DNA from: an uncultured bacterium
Lineage (GTDB): Bacteria > Bacillota_I > Bacilli_A > RFN20 > CAG-826
NCBI GenBank assembly: GCA_949293175.1
Contig: CASFCI010000005.1
Location: forward strand, 69,005 to 133,004
Reading direction: 5' to 3'
DNA: 64,000 bases
Every line of letters starts with the position of its first letter. The first letter of the stretch is position 1. The translations under genes were made by a program, and so were the position numbers. Below the pieces are notes generated by a model. The model was given only the letters and a program-made list of their open reading frames with translations, was not told where the DNA came from and did no database searches. Shown one piece after another: positions 1-8,695 of this stretch.

Positions 1-75
1 ATCGACCAGAGCAAGTGCATCAAGTGCGGCTCATGCATGTCTGGCTGCCGCTTCCACGCCATAATCAAGGAATAA
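1..75 (+). CDS. 3' end of an Fe-S protein with a 4Fe-4S ferredoxin-type tail. Probably the NuoF/HydB-like hydrogenase subunit. The 5' part lies outside the window.
   Basis: Frame 1 reads IDQSKCIKCGSCMSGCRFHAIIKE-stop (TAA 73-75). It has a CxxCxxCxxxC motif and sits directly upstream of hydA. Confidence 0.5.
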   Translation: MDQSKCIKCGSCMSGCRFHAIIKE

Positions 76-88
76 GGGGAGGATAACA

Positions 89-1897
89 ATGGACAACATC
101 AAGATAAACATCGAAGGCCATCTCTACGAGGTGCCTTCCGACCTCACCATCCTAGAGGCGGCGAGGAAAGTCGGATACAACATCCCCTCGCTATGCTACT
201 GGAACAAAGGCCACAACTCGCTGGCCTCCTGCCGCGTCTGCTTGGTCGAGCTTGCATCCAGCCGCGGGTCGCGCCTCGTCGCGAGCTGCGTCTACCCGGT
301 ATCGGAATGCGCCGCCGACAAGGGGTTCGTGATCAAGATCAGCTCGCCGATGGCCATCGACGCCCGCCGCACCTCGGTCGAGCTATTGCTATCCAACCAC
401 TCCAAGGACTGCCAGACCTGCGTCAAGAACGGGCAGTGCGAATTGCTCCACGTCGCCTCGCTCACCGGGGCTAGGAGCGGCCAGTTCCTAGGCGAGGTCA
501 CCCCCTCTACCTACGATGACGTCGCCCCCGGCTTGGTCAGGGACACCAGCAAGTGCATCCTCTGCGGCCGCTGCATCGAAAGGTGCAAGGAGGCCCAGGG
601 CATCGGCATCCTCGGGTTCGAGAAGCGCGGGTTCAACACGATAGTGGGGCCGGCCGAGAACCGGTCGTTCGCCTCCGTCCCCTGCATCCAGTGCGGCCAG
701 TGCATCGAGGTCTGCCCGACCGGTGCGCTATCAGAAAAGCGCGAGATCGACAAGGTCGACCAGGCCATGCACCAGGGCAAGTACGTCATCGTGCAGACCG
801 CCCCGGCCATCCGGGCCGCCATCGCCGAGGAATTCGGCCACAAGATCGGCGAGCAGAACGGGACCGGCAAGATGGTCGCCGCCCTCCACCGCCTTGGCTT
901 CTACCGCGTCTTCGACACCAACTTCGGGGCCGATCTGACCATCATGGAGGAAGCCCATGAGCTGCTCAACCGCATCAAGACCGGCGGCACCCTCCCTCAG
1001 ATAACATCCTGCTCGCCTGGCTGGATCAACTACATGGAGTATTTCTACTCCGACCTCATTCCCAACGTCAGCACCTGCAAGTCGCCCCACGAGATGGAAG
1101 GGGCCATCATCAAGAGCTACTTCGCCAGCAAACACGGCCTCAAGCCGGAGGACATATTCGTCGTCTCCATCATGCCCTGCACCGCGAAGAAGTATGAGGC
1201 CAAGCGGCCGCAGAACGCCGCGGTCAATGGGTTGCCCGACGTCGACGCCGTGCTCACCACCCGCGAGCTCGCGGTCATGATAAAGCGCGCCGGATTGCTC
1301 TGGGATGAGCTGCCAGAGGAGGAGTTCGACGACGATTTGATCGGCGAGTACACCGGGGCGGCCGCCATCTTCGGCGTCACCGGCGGGGTCATGGAGGCCG
1401 CGCTGCGCACCGCCTACCACACGCTGACCGGCAAGGAGTACGACAAGATCGAATTCCTCGAGGTCCGCGGGCAGAAGTCGCTTAAGGAAGCCGAGATCGA
1501 CATCGCCGGCACCAAGATCAAGGTCGCCATCGCCAGCGGCATGAAAGCCGCCAAGCCGCTGCTCGACCAGATAAGGGAGGGCAAGTCGCCTTATGCCTTC
1601 ATTGAGATCATGGGCTGCCCCGGCGGATGCATCAACGGCGGCGGACAGCCGTTCGTCAAGCCGAACCTCATCCCCAACCAGGGGGCCGACATCCTCGACC
1701 GCTACCGGCAGCTGCGCGCCAACGTCCTTTACTCCATCGACGAGAAGAAGACCATCCGCCAGTCGCACAACAACCCCGACATCATAAGGCTGTACAAGGA
1801 TTACCTTGGATCGCCTTGCGGCGGGGTCGCCGAGGAACTGCTCCACACCAGCTACAACGCTTCGCGCGAGGCATTCCCTTCCGTCAAAGCCAAGTAG
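89..1897 (+). CDS. hydA: [FeFe]-hydrogenase catalytic subunit (HydA/HndD type) with an N-terminal 2Fe-2S domain and 4Fe-4S domains
   Basis: GGAGG SD upstream. H-cluster motifs MPCTAKKYEA (L2) and EIMGCPGGCINGGGQP (L3) are present. L1 reads TSCSPGW. N-terminal ferredoxin-like Cys clusters are present. Confidence 0.9.
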   Translation: MDNIKINIEGHLYEVPSDLTILEAARKVGYNIPSLCYWNKGHNSLASCRVCLVELASSRGSRLVASCVYPVSECAADKGFVIKISSPMAIDARRTSVELLLSNHSKDCQTCVKNGQCELLHVASLTGARSGQFLGEVTPSTYDDVAPGLVRDTSKCILCGRCIERCKEAQGIGILGFEKRGFNTIVGPAENRSFASVPCIQCGQCIEVCPTGALSEKREIDKVDQAMHQGKYVIVQTAPAIRAAIAEEFGHKIGEQNGTGKMVAALHRLGFYRVFDTNFGADLTIMEEAHELLNRIKTGGTLPQITSCSPGWINYMEYFYSDLIPNVSTCKSPHEMEGAIIKSYFASKHGLKPEDIFVVSIMPCTAKKYEAKRPQNAAVNGLPDVDAVLTTRELAVMIKRAGLLWDELPEEEFDDDLIGEYTGAAAIFGVTGGVMEAALRTAYHTLTGKEYDKIEFLEVRGQKSLKEAEIDIAGTKIKVAIASGMKAAKPLLDQIREGKSPYAFIEIMGCPGGCINGGGQPFVKPNLIPNQGADILDRYRQLRANVLYSIDEKKTIRQSHNNPDIIRLYKDYLGSPCGGVAEELLHTSYNASREAFPSVKAK

Positions 1898-1911
1898 GCA
1901 TTGTATAATAG

Positions 1912-1936
1912 GGCCGGCCGCAAGGTCGGCCTTTTA
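1912..1936 (+). terminator. Rho-independent terminator after hydA
   Basis: Stem GGCCGGC/GTCGGCC (one G:U pair), loop CGCAAG, then TTTT. Confidence 0.5.
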
Positions 1937-1940
1937 CTCT

Positions 1941-2603
1941 ATGTACAAATCCATCATCTTCGATCTCGACGGGACGCTGCTAAACACCCTTATCGACATC
2001 AGGTCCGCGATCAATGCCGCATTGAAGCAGTGCGGGTACGACTATTCGTATTCGCTTAAGGAGTCAAAGACGCTGATCGGCAATGGGACCGACATGCTCG
2101 TTAAGCGGGCTTTGCGCGAAATTGGGGACGACTATGCCGCGTTTGCGCAGCTTAAGTCCGCCTATTTGCCGTTTTACGAATCGATGCAGAACCTCCATAC
2201 CAAGCCCTATAACGGATTGCCCGAGGTTTTGCGCTTCCTAAAGGACAAAGGGGTGGCCCTCATGGTCGCCACCAACAAGCCGGATAAGCTCGCAAAGCAG
2301 CTGCTTGATGCGCAATTCGGGCATGGTTTCTTCCTCGATGTCGGGGGGTCGACCCCGAACTCGCCGGTCAAGCCCGACCCCATCATCGTGAACCGCTTCG
2401 TCGACGCCCATAACCTGGACAAGGGGACCACCCTCTTCGTCGGGGATTCCTACGTCGATGTCGACACCGCGCACAACGCCAATATAAAATGCTGCCTCGT
2501 GAAGTGGGGGTATGGCTTCTACAAGAAGGCCCTGCTTGAAAAGGCGGACTACGTGATATCCAAGCCCAAGGAGCTCGTCCGCGTGGCTTTGGGGAAGGAG
2601 TGA
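1941..2603 (+). CDS. HAD-superfamily hydrolase, phosphoglycolate phosphatase-like
   Basis: Internal ATG of the 1806 ORF gives MYKSIIFDLDGTLLNT (DxDGT motif I). A later GDSYVDVDTA motif is present. The upstream part of the ORF overlaps the hydA 3' end and terminator. Confidence 0.75.
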   Translation: MYKSIIFDLDGTLLNTLIDIRSAINAALKQCGYDYSYSLKESKTLIGNGTDMLVKRALREIGDDYAAFAQLKSAYLPFYESMQNLHTKPYNGLPEVLRFLKDKGVALMVATNKPDKLAKQLLDAQFGHGFFLDVGGSTPNSPVKPDPIIVNRFVDAHNLDKGTTLFVGDSYVDVDTAHNANIKCCLVKWGYGFYKKALLEKADYVISKPKELVRVALGKE

Positions 2604-2606
2604 GCA

Positions 2607-3962
2607 ATGAAGGAACTCAGACTATTCAATTCGCTGGGGCAGAAGATGGAGACCTTCGTCCCCGAGATCCCGGGCGAGGTCGCCGTCTACGTCTGCGGCC
2701 CGACCGTCTACAACCACCCGCACATCGGGAATTTCCGGCCAGCCATCGTCTTCGATCTCCTCCGGCGAGTATTGCTCGCCCTCGGCTACAAGGTGACATA
2801 TGTCTCCAACTACACCGATGTCGACGACAAGATCATCAACCGGGCGATGGAGCTAGGCATCTCCGAGAAGGAGCTGACCGAATCGGTCATCAAGGAATAC
2901 CGCGGCCTCATCGATGAGCTCGGCTGCCTGCAGCCCGACATCACCCCGACCCCGACCGCCTATATGGACAAGATCATCGCCTACGTCAAGGATCTGGTCG
3001 ATTCCGGCCATGCCTACGTCGTCGGCGGGGACGTCTATTTCCGGGTCTCGTCGGTCCCCCATTACGGCGAGCTAAGCGGCAACTCGGTCGATTCCTTGCT
3101 CTCCGGGGCCCGCATCGAGGTCAATTCCAAGAAGGAGAGCCCCCTCGACTTCGCCCTTTGGAAGGCGACCGAGGTCGGCATCCGCTTCGATTCCCCATGG
3201 GGGAAGGGGAGGCCTGGCTGGCATACCGAGTGCTGCGTCATGATCGACTCGATCTTCAAGTCGCGCGACGGGCACATCGACATCCACGGCGGCGGATTCG
3301 ACCTGAAGTTCCCACACCATGAGAACGAGATCGCCCAAAGCTATGCCCATAACGGCAACGGCCTTGCGACCTATTGGCTGCACAACGGCTTCATCAACAT
3401 CGACAACGAGAAGATGAGCAAGTCGCTCGGCAATGTGCTATTGGCCAAGGACGTGATCGCCGAATACGGGGCGATGGCCTTCAGGATGATGGTCCTCTCC
3501 GCCCATTACCGGGCGCCGCTAAACTTCACGCCCGACACCATCGCCGAGGCCAAGAAGGGCTATGAGAGGCTGCAGGCCGCCTACCGGAGCCTCGGCATCT
3601 ATCTTCAAGCCAACGGGGTCGACGACCCGAGCAGCCTGCCTTCGTCTTCCCTTGACGAATTCCTCACCCCGCTTTGCGAGGACCTCAACACCCCGAACGC
3701 CTTGACCGTCCTTTACGCGAAAATCAAACAATCCAACGCCGATTTGCGCGCTTGCAAAGGAAATATCGAGCCTTTGAAGGCGGATTTCGCAGCTTTGCGG
3801 GACTATTCAAAAATACTCGGCCTGAATGTAAAATATCCTTGCATCCAAAATATCGGAAAGCAGCTATACCGCGAGTATTTCGACGCCAAGGCGAACAAGG
3901 ACTTCGCCAAGGCCGACGAGCTGCGCGGGAAGCTAACCGAGATGGGCATCTGGATGAATTGA
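2607..3962 (+). CDS. cysS: Cysteine--tRNA ligase
   Basis: HIGN and KMSKS class-I signatures, AAGGAG SD, typical length. Confidence 0.95.
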   Translation: MKELRLFNSLGQKMETFVPEIPGEVAVYVCGPTVYNHPHIGNFRPAIVFDLLRRVLLALGYKVTYVSNYTDVDDKIINRAMELGISEKELTESVIKEYRGLIDELGCLQPDITPTPTAYMDKIIAYVKDLVDSGHAYVVGGDVYFRVSSVPHYGELSGNSVDSLLSGARIEVNSKKESPLDFALWKATEVGIRFDSPWGKGRPGWHTECCVMIDSIFKSRDGHIDIHGGGFDLKFPHHENEIAQSYAHNGNGLATYWLHNGFINIDNEKMSKSLGNVLLAKDVIAEYGAMAFRMMVLSAHYRAPLNFTPDTIAEAKKGYERLQAAYRSLGIYLQANGVDDPSSLPSSSLDEFLTPLCEDLNTPNALTVLYAKIKQSNADLRACKGNIEPLKADFAALRDYSKILGLNVKYPCIQNIGKQLYREYFDAKANKDFAKADELRGKLTEMGIWMN

Positions 3963-3971
3963 CGGAACATC

Positions 3972-4724
3972 ATGCACACGGTAGACGACATCATCATAAG
4001 CTGGTTCAATTCCGACTTCGGGACGATGTTCTCCGGCGGGATCGTCGGTAACCTCTGCCTGGTTTTGCTGTCCCTGGTCGCCACCGTGCTTTTCTCCGGC
4101 ATCATCGGCTTCGAGCGCGAGTACTACGGGCACGCCGCTGGGCTTAGGACCCACCTGCTCATCGCACTTGGCTCCTGCATCATCATGATCATTTCCATCT
4201 ACGGCTTCACCTATTGGGACGACGTGACCAACTACACCCGCGACCCCGCCCGACTCGCCGCCCAGGTCATCCCGGGCATCGGCTTCCTCGGCGCCGGGAC
4301 CATCGTCAAGAACGGCATCTCCGTCAGGGGGCTCACCACCGCGACCACCCTTTGGGTCTCGATGGCCATCGGCATCGCCTGCGGCACCGGCAGCTTCGTC
4401 ATCGCCGCCATCTCGACCGCGGTCTGCCTATTGGCTTTGGTGGCCCTGCGCCGCTTCGAGACCTTCGCCAGCCGCAAGAACCCGATCGTCATCATGGTGG
4501 TGCCTAGCGACCGCCCGGTCATGAAAGACGTGCTGCTCATCGCCAGCCGGTACGGCATCTCCATCCGCGACAACTCCTCCGAGCTAATCACCTATCAGGA
4601 GAACTCCGCCATCAGGATGGTGATGCGCCTAACCTATGCCAGCCGAAACTCAGTCACGGCCTTCGCCGATGAGCTGCGCATGTCCATCAAACCGCTCGAG
4701 CTCAAGGTCTCGACGGAGTTCTGA
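3972..4724 (+). CDS. MgtC/SapB family membrane protein
   Basis: GIIGFEREYYGHAAGLRTHLLIALGS motif and multi-TM N-terminal half. Confidence 0.8.
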   Translation: MHTVDDIIISWFNSDFGTMFSGGIVGNLCLVLLSLVATVLFSGIIGFEREYYGHAAGLRTHLLIALGSCIIMIISIYGFTYWDDVTNYTRDPARLAAQVIPGIGFLGAGTIVKNGISVRGLTTATTLWVSMAIGIACGTGSFVIAAISTAVCLLALVALRRFETFASRKNPIVIMVVPSDRPVMKDVLLIASRYGISIRDNSSELITYQENSAIRMVMRLTYASRNSVTAFADELRMSIKPLELKVSTEF

Positions 4725-4745
4725 TTACCTTGCAAGGGGCGAAAC

Positions 4746-5468
4746 ATGAGTATAATTATTTATGGCAAGAACGCCGTCCGCGAATCGGTGAGGTCTGGCA
4801 AGGCCAAGCAGGTCAAGACGCTTGCGAGGCTAGAAAAGGACAGCATCGTCACCGAGGCAAGGAAAAGATCTATCCCAGTCGAATTCGCCCAGGAAGGCGA
4901 ATTGACTCGGATGGCCAGAAACCCCTCGCATCAGGGCTTTGTGGCCATCTGCGATGACTTCGCGACCCTCACGCTTGAGGAGTTGCTTTCCTCGATCAGC
5001 TCGCCCGAGCCGCTGCTTTTGATGCTCGACGGCATCGAGGACCCACATAACCTTGGGGCGATTTTGCGCTCCGCCGATGCCTTCGGGGTCGACGGGGTCA
5101 TCATCAAGAGCCGCGGGGGAGTGGGGCTCAACGGCACCGTGGCCAAGGTCTCGACCGGGGCCATCTCCTACGTCAAGGTCGCCGAAGTCAACAACCTGAC
5201 CAAAGCCGCGCTCAAGCTTAAAGACGCCGGCTATTGGATCGTCGAGAGCGACGGCTCCGCGAGCCTGTCCTACGATGAGGTGGACTACCATTGCCCGATA
5301 TGCCTCGTCGTCGGCTCGGAGGGCTTTGGCATCTCGAGGCTGCTTCTTTCGAAGGCCGACTTCGTGGTCAAGATACCGATGAAGGGGCACGTCAACAGCC
5401 TCAACGCCTCCGTCGCAACCGGGATATTACTTTCCTTGATCTCACTTAAGCGGACCACCCTTGCCTAA
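4746..5468 (+). CDS. rlmB: SpoU/TrmH-family 23S rRNA 2'-O-methyltransferase (RlmB/YacO-like)
   Basis: DGIEDPHNLGAILRSA and GSEGFGIS...LNASVA motifs. Occupies the conserved position after cysS. Confidence 0.85.
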   Translation: MSIIIYGKNAVRESVRSGKAKQVKTLARLEKDSIVTEARKRSIPVEFAQEGELTRMARNPSHQGFVAICDDFATLTLEELLSSISSPEPLLLMLDGIEDPHNLGAILRSADAFGVDGVIIKSRGGVGLNGTVAKVSTGAISYVKVAEVNNLTKAALKLKDAGYWIVESDGSASLSYDEVDYHCPICLVVGSEGFGISRLLLSKADFVVKIPMKGHVNSLNASVATGILLSLISLKRTTLA

Positions 5469-5480
5469 AGGAGCCCGCTT

Positions 5481-6143
5481 ATGGACGAAAACAGCTACGG
5501 CGATTGCCGCGACGAGGAGCTTTTGCTTCTTTTCCGAATGGGCGACCCGAAGGCCCGAGACGAGCTTTCGGTTCGCTATTTCCGGTATCGGAAGAGCCAC
5601 CTCCGCCGCGCCTGCCCGGAGTATTACGACGTGCTAGACGACATAGCCTTCAACGAGGTGTTCTTCCGCTGCTACCTATCAGCCGAGAGGAGCTTCCAGC
5701 TCGGCAACGGGCGGTTCTTCGCCTTCTTCGAGCTGATATTGGGCCGGGAGGTGCGCCGCGAGGCCAGGAAGGTGTTCGCGAGCCGGGCCGAGATGGCCAT
5801 CACCTCGCTAGACGCCACCCGCGATGGCGAGCAGGGGTATTTCCTCCACGACATAATCCCAAGTGGGGAGACCATGTCCGACCCCAAGGCCTTCCTCTGC
5901 TTCGCCGAGACGCTAAGCGAGCTCGGCAAGCTGCCGAAAGGCATGAAGAAGGAATCCGTCAGCATCGTGAGGATGCTATTCGACGGCTATTCGCTTTCCG
6001 AGGCCAGCAAGCGTCTCGGCATAAAGCAAAGCAACGCCAAGATGATGGCCTACCGGTTCCGCAAATGGGCCAAGAAGACCATGGAGTCGCTTTATGGCGA
6101 GCCCAAATCGCTTAGGCTATTGGCCACAGCCGAGGGCGAATGA
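5481..6143 (+). CDS. Sigma-70 family sigma factor, SigH-like by position
   Basis: Sits between rlmB and rpmG-secE-nusG, as sigH does in Bacillus. C-terminal HTH-like segment [25 protein letters not shown]. The sequence is divergent. Confidence 0.6.
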   Translation: MDENSYGDCRDEELLLLFRMGDPKARDELSVRYFRYRKSHLRRACPEYYDVLDDIAFNEVFFRCYLSAERSFQLGNGRFFAFFELILGREVRREARKVFASRAEMAITSLDATRDGEQGYFLHDIIPSGETMSDPKAFLCFAETLSELGKLPKGMKKESVSIVRMLFDGYSLSEASKRLGIKQSNAKMMAYRFRKWAKKTMESLYGEPKSLRLLATAEGE

Positions 6144-6204
6144 GGCCAAACATTTGACAACGCGCCGTAGGCGACTTATGATTTGCCATGCTGAGGATAA
6201 CAAG

Positions 6205-6354
6205 ATGGCGAGGTTGAAAGTTTTTTTGGTTTGCAGCGAATGCCTAAGCCGCAACTACACCGTCAGCAAGCGCAAAGACGATCCGACCCGGCTCGCTTTG
6301 TCTAAGTATTGTCCCCATTGCAACAAGCACACGCTCCACAAGGAGAGCAAGTGA
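6205..6354 (+). CDS. rpmG: 50S ribosomal protein L33
   Basis: Internal ATG preceded by GAGGA. Product [24 protein letters not shown]...[14 protein letters not shown] has the CxxC...CxxC zinc ribbon. Confidence 0.9.
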   Translation: MARLKVFLVCSECLSRNYTVSKRKDDPTRLALSKYCPHCNKHTLHKESK

Positions 6355-6364
6355 AGGAGGTAAC

Positions 6365-6559
6365 ATGGACCCCATCAAGTACACCAAAGAAGTGGTAAAG
6401 GAAGGCAAGCGCATCCGCTGGCCGAAGCGCGACGTGCTGGTCCCGACCCTGGTGGTCGTGATCTGCATCGCGGTGTTCGCCGCGGTATTCCTTTCGCTGG
6501 AGGACCTGACCGCCGGCTCGCTCATCCAGCAGCTCAAGGACGCGTTTGGAGGTAAGTAA
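6365..6559 (+). CDS. secE: Preprotein translocase subunit SecE
   Basis: 64 aa with a single TM, a KRIRWP motif, and the position between rpmG and nusG. Confidence 0.85.
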   Translation: MDPIKYTKEVVKEGKRIRWPKRDVLVPTLVVVICIAVFAAVFLSLEDLTAGSLIQQLKDAFGGK

Positions 6560-6561
6560 AG

Positions 6562-7128
6562 ATGGCTAAAGAGAAAGCCGCCCAGATAGGCGAGAAGAAC
6601 TGGTACATCGTCACCGCCTATGCCAATGGCGAGGACAGGGTCGCGGAGAACATCCGCCGCCGCATCGTGACGATGGGGATGCAGAATTACATTTTCCGCG
6701 TCATCGTCTGCAACCAGGAGGTCCCCGAGCTCAAGGACGGGCTCCCGACCGGCAAGACCAAGATCAAGAACCTCTATCCCGGCTACGTCTTCGTCGAGAT
6801 GGTCATGAACGACACCTCGTGGTACATCGTCCGCAACACCCCGGGCGTCACCGGAATCGTCGGTTCCTCCGGCGGCGGACAGAAGCCGACCCCGGTCCCC
6901 GATGAGGAGATGGAGTCGGTGCTCAAGAGGATGGGCATCGTCGACTCCTCGATGTACGACAAGTACGCCATCGGCGACATGGTCCGCATCATCCACGGAC
7001 CGATGGAAGGGACCGAGGGCAAGATCACCGACATCAACAAGGAGACCGGCCTGGTCAAGGTGGACACCATCTTCTTCGGCCGCGTCACCCCGCTAGAAGT
7101 CGACTTCTCCGAGATCGACAAGCTATAA
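6562..7128 (+). CDS. nusG: Transcription termination/antitermination factor NusG
   Basis: NGN start WYIVTAYANGE, C-terminal KOW domain (GDMVRIIHGPMEG), and synteny. Confidence 0.95.
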   Translation: MAKEKAAQIGEKNWYIVTAYANGEDRVAENIRRRIVTMGMQNYIFRVIVCNQEVPELKDGLPTGKTKIKNLYPGYVFVEMVMNDTSWYIVRNTPGVTGIVGSSGGGQKPTPVPDEEMESVLKRMGIVDSSMYDKYAIGDMVRIIHGPMEGTEGKITDINKETGLVKVDTIFFGRVTPLEVDFSEIDKL

Positions 7129-7132
7129 AAAG

Positions 7133-7153
7133 ACCGCCCGGCTGGGCGGTTTT
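7133..7153. terminator. Bidirectional terminator shared by nusG and the convergent hypothetical gene
   Basis: Stem ACCGCCC/GGGCGGT with loop GGCT, flanked by an A-run upstream and a T-run downstream. Confidence 0.6.
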
Positions 7154-7746
7154 CAGTCGACGTTCTCCTTCCTTATCCTCTCCATGGCCTCCTCGACCCC
7201 AAGGAAGTAGGGCGAGCTCGCCAAGGCTATGAAGGCCTCGTGGAGGGTCTCTCGGAACAGCCTCCCGAACTCCTCGGTCGAGGTTAGGAATATCAGCTCG
7301 GCGATCCGCATCGGGTGGACCTCGCCATGCTCCTCGACGACCAGGTTGGTCAGCATGTCGGAATACACGTAGACGAGTTTGCCGGCGTTGTCGAGGTGGA
7401 TGTAGCGGCAGCTCTCCTCGGTCTGCTCGACGAATTTGACGTAGTCGCGTAATGGGCTCTTCCCGCGGCTGAAGTCGTCCCCGGACATGAACACCCTCAT
7501 GTCGGTGGCTATCTCCATCAGCTTCTTCGGGTCGAAGCGCTTGCCAAGGTCCTCGGCGACGGCCTTGGTGAGGTCCTTGCCGGCGTCTTCCTTGGCGTAG
7601 AGGTTATCGAACAGGAAGCAGGCGGCCCCGATTATCTCCCTCGACTCGTCGCGCCCTTTCCGGGTGAGATCGAGGCGCAGCCAGCTGCGGAGGGTGTAAT
7701 CGAAGGCGTCCTTCAGTTGCTCATAGGCGTTGATTGCTTGTTTCAT
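7153..7746 (-). CDS. Hypothetical protein (197 aa, soluble, no recognisable motif)
   Basis: Clean ORF with local codon usage, convergent on nusG. Predicted leaderless start. Confidence 0.55.
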   Translation of the reverse strand: MKQAINAYEQLKDAFDYTLRSWLRLDLTRKGRDESREIIGAACFLFDNLYAKEDAGKDLTKAVAEDLGKRFDPKKLMEIATDMRVFMSGDDFSRGKSPLRDYVKFVEQTEESCRYIHLDNAGKLVYVYSDMLTNLVVEEHGEVHPMRIAELIFLTSTEEFGRLFRETLHEAFIALASSPYFLGVEEAMERIRKENVD

Positions 7747-7755
7747 GGCGAGGTA

Positions 7756-7778
7756 ACTATAGCAATTTTTGCTATATT
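7756..7778. promoter_or_regulatory. Back-to-back divergent extended -10 promoters
   Basis: Plus strand TGcTATATT at 7770-7778. Minus strand TGcTATAGT at 7764-7756. The start codons lie 6 nt and 9 nt beyond the hexamers, and no SD is present. Confidence 0.4.
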
Positions 7779-7784
7779 ATGGTC

Positions 7785-8285
7785 ATGCTTTTTCTCGTTT
7801 TCTCGGATCTGCACGGCTCGCTGTCGGGGCTTGATAGGCTAAAACGGGCGATCGAGGCCTTCTCCCCCGATGCCTTGATCGACCTCGGGGATTCCTTTCG
7901 CGGGGCCTTCGATTCGGATTCCTCCTCGGTGGCGGAGTTCCTTTCCTCCTCTGCCGCGCCGACTATCTTCATCAAGGGCAACTGCGACTTCGACTCCGAC
8001 GGTTACCGGGTCGGGGCTTTGCTGCAGGAAGGCCTCGACATAACGCTGTTTGGGAAAGCTTTCCACCTATCCCACAAGCCGCCCACCAGGCTCGGCTACC
8101 AGGGATACCTATTCGGCCATACCCACCATAAGACCCTATATCAAGATGGCGGGGCGATCTACTGCAACCCCGGATCGATCGCCTTGCCTAGGGACGGGAA
8201 GGAATCGTTCGCCTTGATGGACGAGTCCGGGATAAGGCTCGTCGACGCCTCTTCCCTGCAGGTTATCGAGCGGCTTGGATTCTAG
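7785..8285 (+). CDS. YfcE/MJ0936-type metallophosphoesterase
   Basis: MLFLVFSDLHG start, then GDSF, GNCD and GHTH motifs. ATG 7785 fits the -10 spacing; 7779 and 7734 are alternatives. Confidence 0.75.
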   Translation: MLFLVFSDLHGSLSGLDRLKRAIEAFSPDALIDLGDSFRGAFDSDSSSVAEFLSSSAAPTIFIKGNCDFDSDGYRVGALLQEGLDITLFGKAFHLSHKPPTRLGYQGYLFGHTHHKTLYQDGGAIYCNPGSIALPRDGKESFALMDESGIRLVDASSLQVIERLGF

Positions 8286-8295
8286 TCGAAAATAA

Positions 8296-8382
8296 ATATG
8301 AACGATTTTTCATATTGGCTATTGAAAGTATGAATATTCGTTCATATAATAGCCACGTTGAATATGAAGCAATGTTCATATT
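8296..8382. promoter_or_regulatory. Array of three ArsR/SmtB-type operator palindromes (ATATGAA-N6-TTCATAT)
   Basis: IR1 8296-8315 ATATGAAcgatttTTCATAT. IR2 8329-8346 TATGAAtattcgTTCATA. IR3 8361-8382 AATATGAAgcaatgTTCATATT. Confidence 0.6.
8322..8350 (+). promoter_or_regulatory. Predicted arsR-ATPase promoter
   Basis: TTGAAA (8322-8327), 17-nt spacer, TATAAT (8345-8350). IR2 fills the spacer. Confidence 0.5.
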
Positions 8383-8396
8383 TTAGGAGGTAGCCT

Positions 8397-8693
8397 ATGC
8401 CGAACATGCCATCGGAGAAGATACTCGACAAGATGGAGAACATGCTAAACATCGCCAGCGACTCCACCCGGCTCAAGATCATGTATTCCCTCTCTTTGGG
8501 GGAGAAGAGCGTGGGGGAGATCGTGAGGGAAGTGGGGGCGAGCCAGTCGCTGGTGTCGCATCAGCTCCAGGTCCTGCGCAAAGCAAACCTCGTGAGCACC
8601 AGGAAGGAGAAGACCTCGGTCTACTACTCGCTTTCCGATGAGCACGTCGTGAAACTGCTCAACCTCGTCGAGGAGCACGTCAAGGAGAAGTGA
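8397..8693 (+). CDS. ArsR/SmtB family metal-responsive repressor
   Basis: 98 aa with wHTH segment SVGEIVREVGASQSLVSHQLQVLRKANLV. AGGAGG SD. Sits upstream of the metal ATPase. Confidence 0.85.
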   Translation: MPNMPSEKILDKMENMLNIASDSTRLKIMYSLSLGEKSVGEIVREVGASQSLVSHQLQVLRKANLVSTRKEKTSVYYSLSDEHVVKLLNLVEEHVKEK

Positions 8694-8695
8694 AG

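Noticed and set aside
731-1846. 371-aa ORF on the minus strand.
   Set aside because: It lies entirely antisense to hydA, which has unmistakable H-cluster motifs. Its composition is Gly/Asp/Leu/Val-rich, typical of antisense frames in GC-rich coding DNA.
2607-4724. Mollicutes-type code 4 (UGA = Trp), considered because of the 16S affinity.
   Set aside because: cysS, the mgtC-like gene and arsR terminate at TGA with normal lengths. No conserved gene in the window needs read-through of an in-frame TGA.
6244-6996. 250-aa minus-strand ORF.
   Set aside because: It spans rpmG, secE and nusG on the opposite strand. Those three are conserved genes with SDs, so the antisense frame is a GC artefact.
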